DNA from: Eutreptiella sp. 'Long Island Sound 2002'
Taxonomy: Eukaryota > Protista > Euglenida
DNA length: 64,000 nucleotides
Assembly: GCA_964036045.1 (NCBI GenBank)
Contig: OZ038378.1
Coordinates: forward strand, 173,786,001 to 173,850,000
Reading direction: 5' to 3'
Shown: piece after piece, positions 61,579-64,000 of the stretch
Layout of the letters: each line of letters begins with the position of its first letter
How positions within the stretch are numbered: the stretch's first letter is position 1
The notes under the pieces: model-generated
The model's database searches: none
Told to the model about the DNA's origin: nothing
The model's input: only the letters and a program-made list of their open reading frames with translations
Translations under genes and position numbers: made by a program

Positions 61579-63392
61579 TGCACCGTGCTGAGGCGGAGGC
61601 GGAGGGAGACAGCCTGACCTTCCCTTCCCGGCGGCTGAGACTGCGGGCCATCGCCGATCGCACCGAGATGACCTGAGCCCAGGTGGGGAAGCCCTTTGCC
61701 CGACAGATCAGGTGGGCCAAACCAGCTCTGGAAGCCTGGAAGGTTCGGTATAACGACCACTGCAAACACCAGATCCATCAACGCTCTATTGCGTGCTTCT
61801 TTTCCTTCGCTCAGTGCTGTTCCCCAATCCTTGTTTCCAAAAGTGTGCATGGGTGACCCCCCCTTCCGCGTTGCACAAAATTTCTGCTGCCAGGTAGTCA
61901 ATACAGAAGAATAGCCCCAATGCCGATGTCTGCGCAGATGAACGACTCAGCCACTGAGGTGCGTGCACAGGCAACAGGGGGTCGCAAGGCCCTGCCCACC
62001 GCCTTCCCTCCAGTTGGACCACGGGAGTAACTATAATGTTACAGCACGAGTGATCCCCCCCCCCCCCCCCTGCTCCTCCGTGTGCCCTGCTTCATGGAAG
62101 AATCTGAACGCTGAACAATGGTTTGGGTTGGAAACCCGCCTGCACATTGGCGCATCGCACGCACTCAGCCAAAGCGGCTTTCGATGGTTTCCAGTATACT
62201 TCAGAAGCATCGCCCTGTCCAACGGACGGTTATGCATCCATATTAGGCAGAATGACGCAACGGTGCGATCCTTCGCCTTGCCTGACCATACCCTGCAATG
62301 ACGTCCCGTCTGTAGCAGCACTTCTACCCTGCAAACAGCAATACCAAGAAGCAGCAATGGTGGTGGCTACAGTTGTGTCGAAGCCACACTGGACCAGATT
62401 TTCAAAGCCTGTGAATTTGGGACCCAATCTGATTGATACTGGAATTGAGAGGAGAGTGTTTGGTGAGAGTGGTGTGAAATGGAGCAAGGATATAATACAT
62501 TTGGGGAACAATCATTGTGTAAGTATAAATAATATGTAGTGTGAGGCACCAAACACCTCTCACTTGCAGGGCCTCTTGCAAGATATGAATGAATTGACAA
62601 AGAGGGACCACAAACATGGGACAAGACACAAATCTACAAATGGCCCAAACAAGCCCCAAAGGAATCCATTGCCTGGGGCACTGACATTCTTCAGGTGCAA
62701 GCCCCTGTCTTTCACTACCTGGGACACCTAGTTGCACACTTGGGGTGGCTTGGTAGAGCAAGGGACGAGATGCTCACACTGGTCACCTTTGATCCATGCA
62801 CGGAATTTTGTTACCATTGCTAAGAAGATCGAAATCACACATGATACCACGCATGTGCATGCCCTTGTTTCTGAAGAGGGAATCAGACTCAAGCAGATTT
62901 ATCGGAGCCATTGAGCCCAATACATTACTATGTTGCAGACTGCCCTTCAACACCCACCGGCATTCATGAGTCGCCTCCTCAGTACACTAGTCTGAATGAA
63001 TATTGCCCGATACATGATTTTGTCCAGCTACTAAAACAGAGGGGGGCCCTCACAACCATGACCATGGATCAGTGTGTGCGCCCTCAGGCAGGGCCAAATC
63101 ACCTCGAAGAGAGGTTGTTCGATCAAGCGCAGGCGCGGGCGTCGTATACCCCCCTTTTTTGGGGTCATTCGCGAAGCATACCCCAAGGCATGATATTTGA
63201 TGTCCAACCCCTTGTAAAATCATTATTTTGCCCAATATGACCATCCCCCAATGGATTTTTTGATTCTGAGGCCTCTATCCCCTAAAACTGGATATCACTT
63301 TTTTGAGGGGGTGGGGGGTGGGGGGTGGGGGGGGGGGTCAAAAGTTTTCGCTGAAAAGGCTCCAAGCAGTGGGGAAGCATGTCGCTAACACA

Positions 63393-63470
63393 CAACTGCT
63401 GGTCGAATGGTAACACAGCGAAACACAGGCATAATGGTCGGCGTTTCAAATCCTGGCCGGCCCAATTTTT
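63393..63470 (+). ncRNA. tRNA-derived (SINE-like) sequence, no intact cloverleaf
   Basis: A-box tggtcgaatgg 63400-10; B-box-like gtttcaaatcc 63443-53; T5 at 63466-70. Confidence 0.45.
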
Positions 63471-63494
63471 GTGGCGGCGGCGGCGGCGGCATAT

Positions 63495-63566
63495 TCACCC
63501 GACCGGGGTTCGAACCGCCGACCAAAAAGTCCGCGGTTGGCTGCATTACCATTCGGCCACTGCTTG
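63495..63566 (-). ncRNA. tRNA-derived (SINE-like) sequence, paralog of 63393-63470
   Basis: Minus strand reads TGGCCGAATGG (A box)...GGTTCGAACCC (B box); the acceptor stem does not pair. Confidence 0.5.
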
Positions 63567-64000
63567 ATTATCAGCGTAACGAGTCCCCACTGCTTGGGGC
63601 CGTGTCTGCCACTCTCAAAAAACCCAACTTGTGTGTTTCTCTGTCTGACTGACTGCTGGCCTGGCTCAGGGACTGCTTGGCTGACTGTCAACCTCTCTTC
63701 GAGGTGCACTGCCGAAGGCAATAGAATTTGTTTGATTAGTCAGAGGACGAGGATGGGATTTTATTTCCAGCCCAAAATAGCAAGTGGGCTTGGATGAATT
63801 CCGTCACTTTTACTTTTCACAACCCCCCCCCCCCCCTTGGATCAAGGGGTTGGCAAGGTGCCCGAGCGATTTTTTCCCGCTGTTGTTGCACGCCTGCCAT
63901 GCTGTACCACAAAAACATGCTGGACCACAAAAACGGGACAAGACACAAATCTAAAGATGAGCGCAAGCAGGAGCTAGCGACAGTTGCGTTGCAACAGATA

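Noticed and set aside
61600-63240. Interrupted protein-like stretches after the second DDE fragment
   Set aside because: Multiple stops and no identifiable motif; cannot be assigned without a search.

Overview
Eukaryotic, repeat-rich genomic window. A euglenid-like host is my inference, based on outron-type acceptors, a VIPER/TATE-like retroelement and pervasive G/C homopolymers. It has three host genes, all on the + strand: a 6-exon S9-family (acylaminoacyl/dipeptidyl) peptidase (2732-10869) with a tRNA-Ala(UGC) in intron 2; an intronless SEL1-repeat/coiled-coil/SPRY-like gene (16009-18729); and a PDAT/LCAT-family acyltransferase (32476-54646) with 11 visible exons, one GC-AG intron and an exon probably lost in the 200-N gap. 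The rest is mobile DNA. One ~5.05-kb tyrosine-recombinase retrotransposon (gag-YR-RT/RNaseH, A1...B1-A2-B2 split direct repeats) has four premature stops, all TAG and all explicable by C>T at CWG sites. A family of TA-flanked, C/G-run TIR elements shares a short conserved peptide. There are also two decayed PIF/Harbinger-like DDE transposases, several MITEs, poly(C)-ended retroposon-like copies, a twice-repeated Cys/His motif ORF and a tail-to-tail pair of tRNA-derived elements. All calls were made by eye from sequence; no database searches were run.
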